From Nitrospirota bacterium (GTDB lineage Bacteria; Nitrospirota; UBA9217), in assembly GCA_029858565.1 (NCBI GenBank), contig JAOUEV010000061.1, forward strand, positions 1-18,510: a stretch of DNA of 18,510 nucleotides. The letters run 5' to 3'. The translations under genes and the position numbers were made by a program. Shown one piece after another: positions 1 to 7,691 of this stretch (position 1 is its first letter; each line of letters begins with the position of its first letter). The notes beneath the pieces were generated by a model. The model had not been told where the DNA came from, made no database searches, and was given only the letters and a program-made list of their open reading frames with translations.

Positions 1-13
1 TCATAATTTATTT

Positions 14-36
14 GGCTCTTCCGACTTTCCTATGGG
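14..36 (+). repeat. ISL3 left terminal inverted repeat
   Basis: GGCTCTTCCGACTTTCCTATGGG; 17/23 match to the reverse complement of 1369-1391. Confidence 0.88.
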
Positions 37-109
37 CCTAATTTAGCCCCTGTTAGCAGTTTCATCCGCAATTGGTGCGGTTAGTCTAAGGTTCTCGTTC
101 TTTGATAAC

Positions 110-138
110 TTGACACGTTTGGGTGCAGGGTGTATGGT
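110..138 (+). promoter_or_regulatory. Sigma70-type transposase promoter
   Basis: TTGACA (110-115), 17-bp spacer, TATGGT (133-138); the ATG is at 147. Confidence 0.7.
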
Positions 139-146
139 CTTGACTC

Positions 147-1378
147 ATGAAGAAGACCTCGCTCCGGTCGCTCTACAGCTTTCCTGGCTTTCGGGCTCTC
201 GCCACGCTCAAGGAAGCCCCTGATGATCCAGAAGGCCGCATCATTATTCTCAGGCGGCGGCAAAAAAAACGATCTGTTCCTGCGGGCATCGTCAAAGCAG
301 CTTTTACGATCGGACCACCCATCTGGTCCGGGACTTGGATGCTGGCGGTATCAGCATCTACCTGGAGTTCGAGTACCGCAGGGTACGCTGCAAGAGGTGC
401 CAGGCCGTGAAACGCGAAACCCTTGCATGGCTGGCATCCTCCAAGCGCTTTACCGAGCGGTTCGAGCAGGCCATCGGCCGTCAGTGCCGCGAGATGTCCA
501 TTGCCCGAGTCGCAGAGTTGAATCGTCTGAGCTGGGACCAGGTCCAGCGCATCGAAAAGAACTATATGCGCCGGATCGTTGAGCAGCATCCCCCGTCCGA
601 GAATCTTCGAGCCATCGGGATAGACGAGGTATCCATTTCCAAGGGCCATACCTATGCGATCGTCGTCGCCGATATGGACCAGCAGCGACCGATCTGGATT
701 GGCGGAGAAGGCCGCAAGGAAGAGGATATGGACCTCTTCTTCAAGGAAATGGGGGCTGGTCGAGCAAAATCCATTCAACTCGCGGTCATGGACATGTGGA
801 AGCCGTTCAGAAACTCCACACTAAGCCATGCCCCGTCCGCTCAGATCGTTTTCGATAAATTCCATGTGCTGAACCACCTGTCGAAGGCCATGGACGATGT
901 CAGGCGGCGCGAGTACAAACGTGTCAGTGAGAAAGAACGACGGTTCATCAAGGGCCAGCGTTACACGCTGCTTTCCAACCGCGAGAACTTGGACCTGGAC
1001 GGCCGACGGTCCTTGAAACTCCTGCTCAAGGCCAACAGCCGCATCCACAAGGCCTATCTTCTCAAGGAGTCTTTCGGCCAGCTTTGGTCATACAACAATC
1101 CAGCCTGGGCGCGGAAGTTCTTTGAGAATTGGAAAGCGCAGCTCCGATGGAGCCGCCTTGAACCGTTTCAAAAGTTCGCTGAAATGATCGAACGTCACTG
1201 GGATGGCATCATCAGCTACTGCCATCCTGAGCACAAAGTTTCCCTCGGCTTCATGGAGGGATTAAACAACAAGATCCGGGTCATTCAACGTCGGGCCTAC
1301 GGCATCAGGGACAGGGAGTATCTGCGACTCAAGGTACTTACATCCTTTCTCCCGGATGCTAAAAAGGACCCACACTAA
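147..1378 (+). CDS. ISL3-family DDE transposase, about 410 aa when 147-269 is joined to 269-1378 by a -1 shift
   Basis: ORF 335-1378 has ISL3 motifs (IGIDE, MDMW, FDKFH, EGLNNKIRVIQRRAYG). Its frame is open upstream as KKTICSCGHRQSSFYDRTTHLVRDLD, giving a zinc-finger half that pairs with CKRC, but has no good start. The ATG147 ORF reads ...LRRRQKK across the A8 run (262-269) and joins this frame by -1. Confidence 0.9.
261..270 (+). other. Slippery A8 run (CAA AAA AAA C), candidate -1 frameshift or transcriptional slippage site
   Basis: Eight As at 262-269 lie where the 147 frame and the transposase frame must be joined; A_AAA_AAA is phased for -1. Confidence 0.75.
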
Positions 1379-1391
1379 ACCCGGAAGACCC
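1369..1391 (-). repeat. ISL3 right terminal inverted repeat
   Basis: CCCACACTAAACCCGGAAGACCC; contains the transposase stop TAA (1376-1378). Confidence 0.88.
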
Positions 1392-1404
1392 CTTTTTTGT
1401 TCCC

Positions 1405-1428
1405 GAACAGTATCCAGAACAGTATCCA
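1405..1428. repeat. 12-bp tandem duplication (GAACAGTATCCA x2)
   Basis: Exact copies at 1405-1416 and 1417-1428, followed by a degenerate GCAAGTCCA. Confidence 0.8.
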
Positions 1429-1587
1429 GCAAGTCCAGGGGGCATGGATACCCGCCCCAACACGTATGAAGCTAAAAGGAACTGGCCTTTTGGCGTAGAG
1501 CGCTGGAAATTCCCTGTCATCGGCACGGTCCCGGTGGGAGAGCCTTCAAGTATTGAGCGCTTTTCCGTCAACCAATTCCCAATAATC

Positions 1588-1616
1588 TTGACTTTTCCCT
1601 TTTGATATCCGATAAT
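1588..1616 (+). promoter_or_regulatory. Sigma70-type promoter for accA
   Basis: TTGACT (1588-1593), 17-bp spacer, GATAAT (1611-1616). Confidence 0.7.
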
Positions 1617-1630
1617 ATGCCAACTTCATG

Positions 1631-1667
1631 ATACCGGAGTCGATTAACGGCTCCGGTATTTTGTCTT
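1631..1667 (+). terminator. Terminator-like hairpin in the accA leader
   Basis: 12-bp stem ATACCGGAGTCG/CGGCTCCGGTAT (one G-U pair), loop ATTAA, followed by TTTGTCTT. Confidence 0.55.
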
Positions 1668-1695
1668 GCATCGTCTTGAACATCAGGAGCCTGAA

Positions 1696-2655
1696 TTGGC
1701 GCAGGAATATTTAGAATTCGAAAAACCGATAGCCGAGCTCGAAAAGAAGATCGAGGAGCTTACGCTCTTCACGTCCAGCGGCAATATCGACCTGGAAGAA
1801 GAAATACTGAAACTGCACAAGAAATCCGACCAGTTGCGAGCGGAGATCTATTCGCGCCTGTCTCCCTGGCAGAAAGCTCAGATCTCGCGCCATCCGAACC
1901 GGCCCTATACCCTTGACTACATCGAAGCCATTCTGACGGATTTCATCGAGATGCACGGTGATCGTGCTTTTGCCGACGACCCTGCGATTGTCTGCGGTAT
2001 GGCCAAGCTGGAAGGCATGCCGGTCGTTGTCATCGGCCATCAGAAAGGCAGGACCACCAAGGAAAAGATCTTCAGGAACTTCGGCATGCCCAATCCTGAA
2101 GGCTACCGGAAAGCGCTGCGGATCATGCGTTTCGCCGAGCGGTTCAACAAGCCGCTCATCACCTTTATCGACACCCCGGGCGCCTATCCCGGGCTCGGCG
2201 CTGAAGAGCGCGGACAGGGCGAATCCATTGCCCGCAACCTTGCGGTGATGTCGCAGCTTAAAGTTCCCGTGCTCACCGTAGTGATCGGCGAAGGCGGCAG
2301 CGGCGGCGCTCTGGCACTCGGCGTTGCCGACCGCATTCTGATGCTCGAACATTCTACCTATTCGGTAATCTCGCCGGAAGGGTGCGCTGCGATCCTGTGG
2401 AACAATGGCTCCAAGGCGAATGAAGCGGCGGAACTTCTCAAGATAACGGCCCAGGACCTGTTCCAGCTCAAAGTGGCGGATGAAGTAGTGGAAGAACCTA
2501 TCGGCGGTGCCCATCGAGATCCGCGCCGGGCGGCTGAACTGCTGAAAGAAGCGATATCCCGCAACCTTGCCGAGATCCGCAATATCGCCCTGCCGGACCT
2601 GATCCAGCAGCGCTACGAGAAGGTCCGCAGACTTGGCATGTTCGACGAACTGTAG
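1696..2655 (+). CDS. accA: Acetyl-CoA carboxylase carboxyltransferase subunit alpha
   Basis: [54 protein letters not shown] and [14 protein letters not shown] motifs. TTG1696 start chosen from the AGGAG SD at 1685-1689. Confidence 0.98.
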   Translation: MAQEYLEFEKPIAELEKKIEELTLFTSSGNIDLEEEILKLHKKSDQLRAEIYSRLSPWQKAQISRHPNRPYTLDYIEAILTDFIEMHGDRAFADDPAIVCGMAKLEGMPVVVIGHQKGRTTKEKIFRNFGMPNPEGYRKALRIMRFAERFNKPLITFIDTPGAYPGLGAEERGQGESIARNLAVMSQLKVPVLTVVIGEGGSGGALALGVADRILMLEHSTYSVISPEGCAAILWNNGSKANEAAELLKITAQDLFQLKVADEVVEEPIGGAHRDPRRAAELLKEAISRNLAEIRNIALPDLIQQRYEKVRRLGMFDEL

Positions 2656-2695
2656 CCCCTGCCCGGTTGACCCAACGATATTCCCATTCCCGCTG

Positions 2696-3049
2696 CTACT
2701 CGATATCCTTTTTGAGGAGTTCTACTGCCTTGGCAAGCTCATTCTGCGCCGACTTTATGTCGGCGTACGCGGACAGGAACAGAAGGATGCAGTAATCTGT
2801 TGTCACTGGCATAAGCAGCTCATTGCCCTGATCGTGGGAAAAGAGGACAGCCTTCACCGATCCCAGCCCCAGTCGGTCAGTTATCTCCTTGATCTGATCG
2901 AAATGGATCTCTTTCCAGGCGCCGAGGAACCTGATATCCTGGTCCGTCGCCCCGGCTTGAGAAATGAATTCCCCCTCACCGTCAAGAAATATGACCGCAG
3001 ACGCCCCCCGGACCGAGGTCAGAAGATTGTTCAGAATATCATCGATCAC
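2696..3049 (-). CDS. Roadblock/LC7 (MglB-like) domain protein
   Basis: About 117 aa with the pattern IL..L...V.GA.AVIFLDGEGE.I and a helix/strand layout typical of roadblock folds. GTG3049 has a GGAGG SD 6 nt upstream. Confidence 0.7.
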   Translation of the reverse strand: MIDDILNNLLTSVRGASAVIFLDGEGEFISQAGATDQDIRFLGAWKEIHFDQIKEITDRLGLGSVKAVLFSHDQGNELLMPVTTDYCILLFLSAYADIKSAQNELAKAVELLKKDIE

Positions 3050-3259
3050 GCACACCCTCCTGGAAACGGCTCCCCGTCAGTTCCCGTGATCCAGTATAAG
3101 TATTGACCAGCACGCACCGCCCACGACACTCACGTGGGGCACCGGGGAAATGCACCGAACCTATTTCCGCATTGATCCTCGGCGGCTCGTTGGCGAACCA
3201 GCGAGTTTCCCTGCATCTGGATTTCCGCAGAATGCCGGAAACCTGCAGTCCCGCACTCT

Positions 3260-3961
3260 TTATCTGAATAACAGGAACAGCAGGAACGTCACGCCTGCAC
3301 CGATCAGCGCTCCGACCATGACCTCGGAAGGCTTATGTACACCAGCTGACCACCGGCTCCAGCTGATCATCAGCGCCAGGAGAAGACACAGGACGATGAT
3401 CGGAAGCGACCCCGACAGATAGATCATTGCCACCCAGATCGAAAACGAGACCGCGGCATGTCCGCTCGGCATTCCTCCCCTGAGCGGTTCGCCTTTACCG
3501 ATCAAGGCCTTAACAATGATCACCAGGATGATGACCACGGCAAGGGATACGAAGGCAAGAACATCATGGGGCACGGTCCGCAGGTTCCAGATCCCTTTGG
3601 TCAGAGATTCCTTGAACGCTGGATACAGGATGAGATATGCCAGGATCAGAGCTCCGACGGATGCTACCAGAACGACGCCCGAAGCGATGTCTTTTGCGAT
3701 CTTCGCCAGCGGATGGTACTCCTCGGATATCATGTCGATCGTCGTCTCTATGGCCGTGTTCAGCATCTCCGTGACCAGAACGAGAATGATCGCCATGGAC
3801 AGCAGGATGAACTCGGTACGGGATATCTCGACGATCAACCCGGTAAGCAATGCCGCGAGCGCGGCCACCATATGGTACCGCATATGGCGTTGCGTTTTAA
3901 CGGAGTAGATGATCCCGTCAATGGCGAGGTTTGCCTTGTCAATCCAGCGATTCGGCTTCAA
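3260..3961 (-). CDS. dgkA: Prokaryotic diacylglycerol/undecaprenol kinase fused to a C-terminal PAP2-like phosphatase domain
   Basis: N-terminal DAGK motifs (AIDGI..QRHMRYH, EMLNTAIE..ID, AKIAKDIASG); C-terminal GGMPSGH and SRWSAGVH.PSEV PAP2 motifs. TTG start overlaps the ybeY stop. Confidence 0.9.
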   Translation of the reverse strand: MKPNRWIDKANLAIDGIIYSVKTQRHMRYHMVAALAALLTGLIVEISRTEFILLSMAIILVLVTEMLNTAIETTIDMISEEYHPLAKIAKDIASGVVLVASVGALILAYLILYPAFKESLTKGIWNLRTVPHDVLAFVSLAVVIILVIIVKALIGKGEPLRGGMPSGHAAVSFSIWVAMIYLSGSLPIIVLCLLLALMISWSRWSAGVHKPSEVMVGALIGAGVTFLLFLLFR

Positions 3962-4392
3962 GCGTCAAGTCTCTCCAGTATCTCTCGTTCCCGCTGCCGC
4001 ATGCGGCGGGCTTTTGCCTCTCCCTGCTCATGATCATACCCTAGAAGATGGAGCAAACCGTGCACCAAGAGCCGATCGAGTTCCCTGCGCAACGGCTCTC
4101 CGGAGATCTTCGCCTGACGTTCCGCCGTTGGCATGGATATGACGATATCACCGAGCGCCGTTCCTGCCATATCGGGAAACGCCCCTTCGCGGAACGGAAA
4201 GGACAGGACATCGGTCGTCCGGTCCTTGCGCCGGTAGCGGCGGTTCAAGGTCCGCATGGCGCGGTCTCCCAGGATCAGGACGCTGATCTCCGCGTCCTGA
4301 ATACCGGCCAGGAGGAGGATGCTCCTAAGCCGTTCCCGGATGGCCGACTGCGGCCTTCGATTCCTCAGTGTGCTTTTTATCAGGATGGTCAC
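3958..4392 (-). CDS. ybeY: rRNA maturation RNase YbeY
   Basis: LNRRYRRKDRTTDVLSF, LGDIVIS and HGLLHLLGYDH motifs; start at GTG4392 is probable, not certain. Confidence 0.96.
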   Translation of the reverse strand: MTILIKSTLRNRRPQSAIRERLRSILLLAGIQDAEISVLILGDRAMRTLNRRYRRKDRTTDVLSFPFREGAFPDMAGTALGDIVISMPTAERQAKISGEPLRRELDRLLVHGLLHLLGYDHEQGEAKARRMRQREREILERLDA

Positions 4393-5893
4393 TTCGTTTT
4401 TTCGCGCCGGGAAACTCAACGCCAGGATAGTCTATACGGTGATGGAATATTCCATTCAGGATCATATTAAAGCTTTTCGCGATCTCGCGGAGGTCCTTGA
4501 GCGTAAGGTCGCACATGCTCAGCTGGTCATCGAGGAATATCCGGGTAATCACGCTGTTCGTCAGTCCATGAATGCGCTGCGGCGTTGGTTCCTCAAGAGT
4601 ACGGGACGCAGCTTCCACCGCGTCGGCCAGCATCACGATCGCTGCGATCTTTGTGCGGGGCCGCGGTCCCGGATAGCGGAAATCCTGCTCAGAGACCACG
4701 GTTAAAGGCTGCAGCTCCCTCGCCTTCTGATAGAAGTAAGCGATCAGTGAATTCCCGTGGTGCTGCCCTATGATATCGACGATCACCGACGGCAGTTGAT
4801 GTCGCCGGGCCATCTCGACGCCCTCTTTTACATGGGCAGTTATGATCAAGCTGCTCATGGAGGGGGTCAATTTATCATGTTTATTCTCATCGGTCCGCTG
4901 ATTCTCGATGAAGTATTCCGGTTTCTGCGCTTTTCCGATGTCATGATAATAGGCGCCCACGCGCGCAAGGAGCGGGTTCTCGCCGATGGATTCGGCGGCC
5001 GCCTCTGCGAGATTCCCGATGACGATGCTGTGATGGTAGGTTCCGGGCGTCTTATAGACAAGCTCCTTGAGGAGTGGATGGTTCGGATCGAGGAGCTCCA
5101 GCAGCTTGATATCCGTGGCAATGTCGAAGAGCGCTTCGAAGAACGGCAGCGTAACGGTCACGATCGAGGCGGTCAGGACCGCGCCCACAAGTCCCGCGGC
5201 AAGGTCGATCGCGCCGCGCGTCAGCAGGTCTCCCCGATAAAGATCGATCGCGATAATGGCGATGAAACTGATCACCGCTGTCATGGCGCCGGCCCTGATC
5301 ACGATCGTTCGTTTCTTGCAGCGTATGACATAGAGCGCAGCCATGATGCTCGACGTAAAGTAGTAGAAAGGCATAAGAGAATCGCCGCGGAAATCAATAC
5401 CCACCAAAAGGCTGCTGATAAAGGAGAATGCGAGCGCGAGATGGAAATCGAGCAACAGGCTGACCAGCATAGCGCCGGCCGCGACAGGCAGGGCAAAGGC
5501 GACGGTCGCCACATCCATATGAAGCGCTTCGGCCAGGAGCGTCAGCATTGCCCGGAAGAACTGGGAAAGGATGACCGTAAGCAGGAGCAGGAACGCCAGA
5601 AGGATGATCTTGCGCGTGTCAATGGCCAGCGCCGGCCGGTACCTCTTCATGTCCCGGTAAAACAGGTAAAAGACGAGCAAAATGAGGAGCATCAACCCCA
5701 GGAACGCTGTTGCTTTCCCCGCGATGCTTTCGCGCATCAGCATGACCGCCAGAAGCGATGCGGTCATTGTCCCGATACCGACATTGATCATCCGCAACTT
5801 GCGACGGACGATCGGCACCGATTCGTCCTTATCCTGGTCAGGCAACGCCATCTTGGGCAGAAGACGCGAAGACGTATCATTTTTACTGCCCAT
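4325..5893 (-). CDS. Membrane HD-family phosphohydrolase (7TM-HDIG, PgpH/YqfF-like), about 522 aa
   Basis: About 8 hydrophobic segments, then PGTYHHS, YYHDIGK, IENQ, QHHG, FRYPGP and MLADAVEAASR. Lies between phoH and ybeY. ATG5893 has a GAGGAG SD inside the end of phoH. Confidence 0.92.
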   Translation of the reverse strand: MGSKNDTSSRLLPKMALPDQDKDESVPIVRRKLRMINVGIGTMTASLLAVMLMRESIAGKATAFLGLMLLILLVFYLFYRDMKRYRPALAIDTRKIILLAFLLLLTVILSQFFRAMLTLLAEALHMDVATVAFALPVAAGAMLVSLLLDFHLALAFSFISSLLVGIDFRGDSLMPFYYFTSSIMAALYVIRCKKRTIVIRAGAMTAVISFIAIIAIDLYRGDLLTRGAIDLAAGLVGAVLTASIVTVTLPFFEALFDIATDIKLLELLDPNHPLLKELVYKTPGTYHHSIVIGNLAEAAAESIGENPLLARVGAYYHDIGKAQKPEYFIENQRTDENKHDKLTPSMSSLIITAHVKEGVEMARRHQLPSVIVDIIGQHHGNSLIAYFYQKARELQPLTVVSEQDFRYPGPRPRTKIAAIVMLADAVEAASRTLEEPTPQRIHGLTNSVITRIFLDDQLSMCDLTLKDLREIAKSFNMILNGIFHHRIDYPGVEFPGAKKRSDHPDKKHTEESKAAVGHPGTA

Positions 5894-6851
5894 GGTTCTC
5901 CTCGTACTTTTCGTAGGCTTTGATGATCTGCTGCACCAGGCGGTGTCGCACAACATCCTTGTGCGTGAAATAGACGAGTTTAATGCCTTCTATCCCGTCA
6001 AGGATCTTCTGTACCTCGACAAGACCAGAGCCCTTGCCCCCGGGCAGGTCGATCTGCGTCACGTCGCCGGTCACCACGGTGCGGGAATTGAAGCCCAGCC
6101 GGGTCAGGAACATCTTCATCTGCTCCGACGTCGTATTCTGCGCCTCGTCCAGGATGATGAAGGAGTCGTTCAGGGTCCTGCCGCGCATGAACGCGAGGGG
6201 AGCTATCTCTATGTCTCCCCGCTCCACAAGCTTGTTCGCCTTCTCGGTCTCGATCATATCATAGAGCGCGTCGTAGAGCGGCCGCAGGTAGGGGTTTACC
6301 TTCTCGATCAGATCGCCGGGCAGAAATCCCAGCTTTTCGCCCGCTTCCACGGCTGGGCGGACCAAAATGATCCTGCTCACCTCGCGCCTGAGCAGCGCTG
6401 AGACGGCCATGGCCATGGCAAGGTAGGTCTTGCCCGTACCCGCAGGACCGATGCCGAAAACGATGTCGTGGGTCTTGATCGCCTCGATGTATTTTCGCTG
6501 GGTCTCGTTCTTGGCAGCGACCTGCCGCTTTCGGTTCGAGACTGCTATGGTCTCGCGGAAGATCTCTTTGAGCGACGAAGTCGGGTCGGCGGAAAAAGCT
6601 CGGATTGCGGAGCTCACGTCCTCCTTATGCGTGATGACGCCCTTGGCGATCATTTCGGTGAGTTGTTTCAGGAGCAGTTCAACGCGAAGGACCGTCTGCT
6701 CGTCGCCTTCGATCTGGACCTTGGAGCCGCGGGCGTTCAGCTGGACGGAATAGAGGTCCTCGATGAGCCGGAGGTTCTTATCGAGCTCGCCAAAGAGGCT
6801 GGGGATGATCTCTTCGTTCTGAATAAGAAATTGGGAAGCTGTGGTTTTCAT
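5883..6851 (-). CDS. phoH: PhoH-family ATPase (YbeZ-like)
   Basis: GPAGTGKT Walker A, RPAVEAGEKLGFLPGD, PLAFMRGRTL, LDEAQN, GDVTQIDL and DVVRH. ATG6851 preferred because TTG6893 abuts a -10 box. Confidence 0.96.
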   Translation of the reverse strand: MKTTASQFLIQNEEIIPSLFGELDKNLRLIEDLYSVQLNARGSKVQIEGDEQTVLRVELLLKQLTEMIAKGVITHKEDVSSAIRAFSADPTSSLKEIFRETIAVSNRKRQVAAKNETQRKYIEAIKTHDIVFGIGPAGTGKTYLAMAMAVSALLRREVSRIILVRPAVEAGEKLGFLPGDLIEKVNPYLRPLYDALYDMIETEKANKLVERGDIEIAPLAFMRGRTLNDSFIILDEAQNTTSEQMKMFLTRLGFNSRTVVTGDVTQIDLPGGKGSGLVEVQKILDGIEGIKLVYFTHKDVVRHRLVQQIIKAYEKYEENHGQ

Positions 6852-6893
6852 CCGATGACGCGGGTGAGTTACTGTCCCTTCCCGCTTGCTCAA

Positions 6894-6922
6894 ATCTTAA
6901 CACCCGTGACCGGCAAAGTCAA
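6894..6922 (-). promoter_or_regulatory. Sigma70-type promoter for the phoH-HD-ybeY-dgkA operon
   Basis: On the minus strand TTGACT (6922-6917), 17-bp spacer ending TGT (extended -10), TAAGAT (6899-6894). Confidence 0.7.
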
Positions 6923-6956
6923 CGATTCCCGCGGGTTATCCGCTTTGCAAAGCCTG

Positions 6957-7691
6957 TTATTCCGCTGTCCTCGCCAGGGTCAGGGCAACCACGGAGCCGG
7001 ATCCCGCCTCTTTCAGCACACGGCTGCACTCGCTCATGGTTGCACCGGTAGTGAGCACGTCGTCGATCAGGAGTATCCCCCTACTTTTGACCTCCGTTGG
7101 ACGGAGGAGACTGAAAGCGCCCTTCACATTGGCAGTACGCTCCGCACCCGTAAGCTCAACCTGCGGCCGCGTAGGACGTATGCGCACCAGGTTATCGTAG
7201 CAGAGGGTAAGATCGAATTTCTTTGATATGCCATGCGCGAGAAGCAAAGCTTGGTTAAACCCCCTGCTCCTGAGCCTTTTCCGATGAAGCGGCACCGGCA
7301 TCACGATGTCAGGCTTAGCATCAAATGCGACCTGTCCTGCCATCCATGTCGCGAGAGGCCTTCCCAGAGCACTCAGCGGTCTGTATTTGTAGAGATGTAT
7401 CGCCTCCCTGAGCGGCCCCTCGAAAAGGCCCGCTGCCAGGGCCTGATCATACTGTGGCGGATCCCTGCGGCAAGAAGCACATTCATGGCCCGGGCTGTGG
7501 ATCAAGGCTTCGGGAGAACCAAAAGGCTTGCCGCACCTGGGGCAGACCGGGCCATTGATCCGCGCAAAGTCTGCCCAGCACTGGCCGCAGAATCGGGGAA
7601 TGCCAGTCCCGTTCACCGGTGATCGGCAATAGGCGCAGGAGGACGGAATAAGGAACTCGAGGATGTGTTGGAAGATGGGATGGATCTGCAT
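6957..7691 (-). CDS. comF: ComF-family protein (double zinc ribbon plus phosphoribosyltransferase domain)
   Basis: Four CxxC pairs, PVPLH..RL..RGFNQA, R.ANV.GAF and LLIDDVLTTGAT. Confidence 0.95.
   Translation of the reverse strand: MQIHPIFQHILEFLIPSSCAYCRSPVNGTGIPRFCGQCWADFARINGPVCPRCGKPFGSPEALIHSPGHECASCRRDPPQYDQALAAGLFEGPLREAIHLYKYRPLSALGRPLATWMAGQVAFDAKPDIVMPVPLHRKRLRSRGFNQALLLAHGISKKFDLTLCYDNLVRIRPTRPQVELTGAERTANVKGAFSLLRPTEVKSRGILLIDDVLTTGATMSECSRVLKEAGSGSVVALTLARTAE

Larger units (their letters stand above)
14..1391 (+). mobile_element. ISL3-family insertion sequence, about 1378 bp
   Basis: Imperfect 23-bp terminal inverted repeats starting with GG: GGCTCTTCCGACTTTCCTATGGG (14-36) versus the reverse complement of 1369-1391, GGGTCTTCCGGGTTTAGTGTGGG (17/23 identical). 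They enclose an ISL3-type transposase; size and AT-rich flanks fit ISL3. Confidence 0.93.

Noticed and set aside
173-778. 201-aa minus-strand ORF inside the IS
   Set aside because: Antisense to the transposase; no recognisable passenger-gene motifs.
1359-1571. 70-aa minus-strand ORF running into the IS end
   Set aside because: No SD or motif; its GYCS repeat merely reflects the 12-bp duplication. An IS-interrupted gene cannot be excluded but is unsupported.
1711-2514. 267-aa minus-strand ORF
   Set aside because: Lies wholly antisense to accA; no independent coding signal.
2633-3106. 157-aa plus-strand ORF after accA
   Set aside because: Antisense to the better-supported roadblock gene, which has a clear SD and fold pattern.
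4757-5923. 388-aa plus-strand ORF
   Set aside because: Antisense shadow of the HD gene; abnormal R/H/D/Q-rich composition and no motifs.
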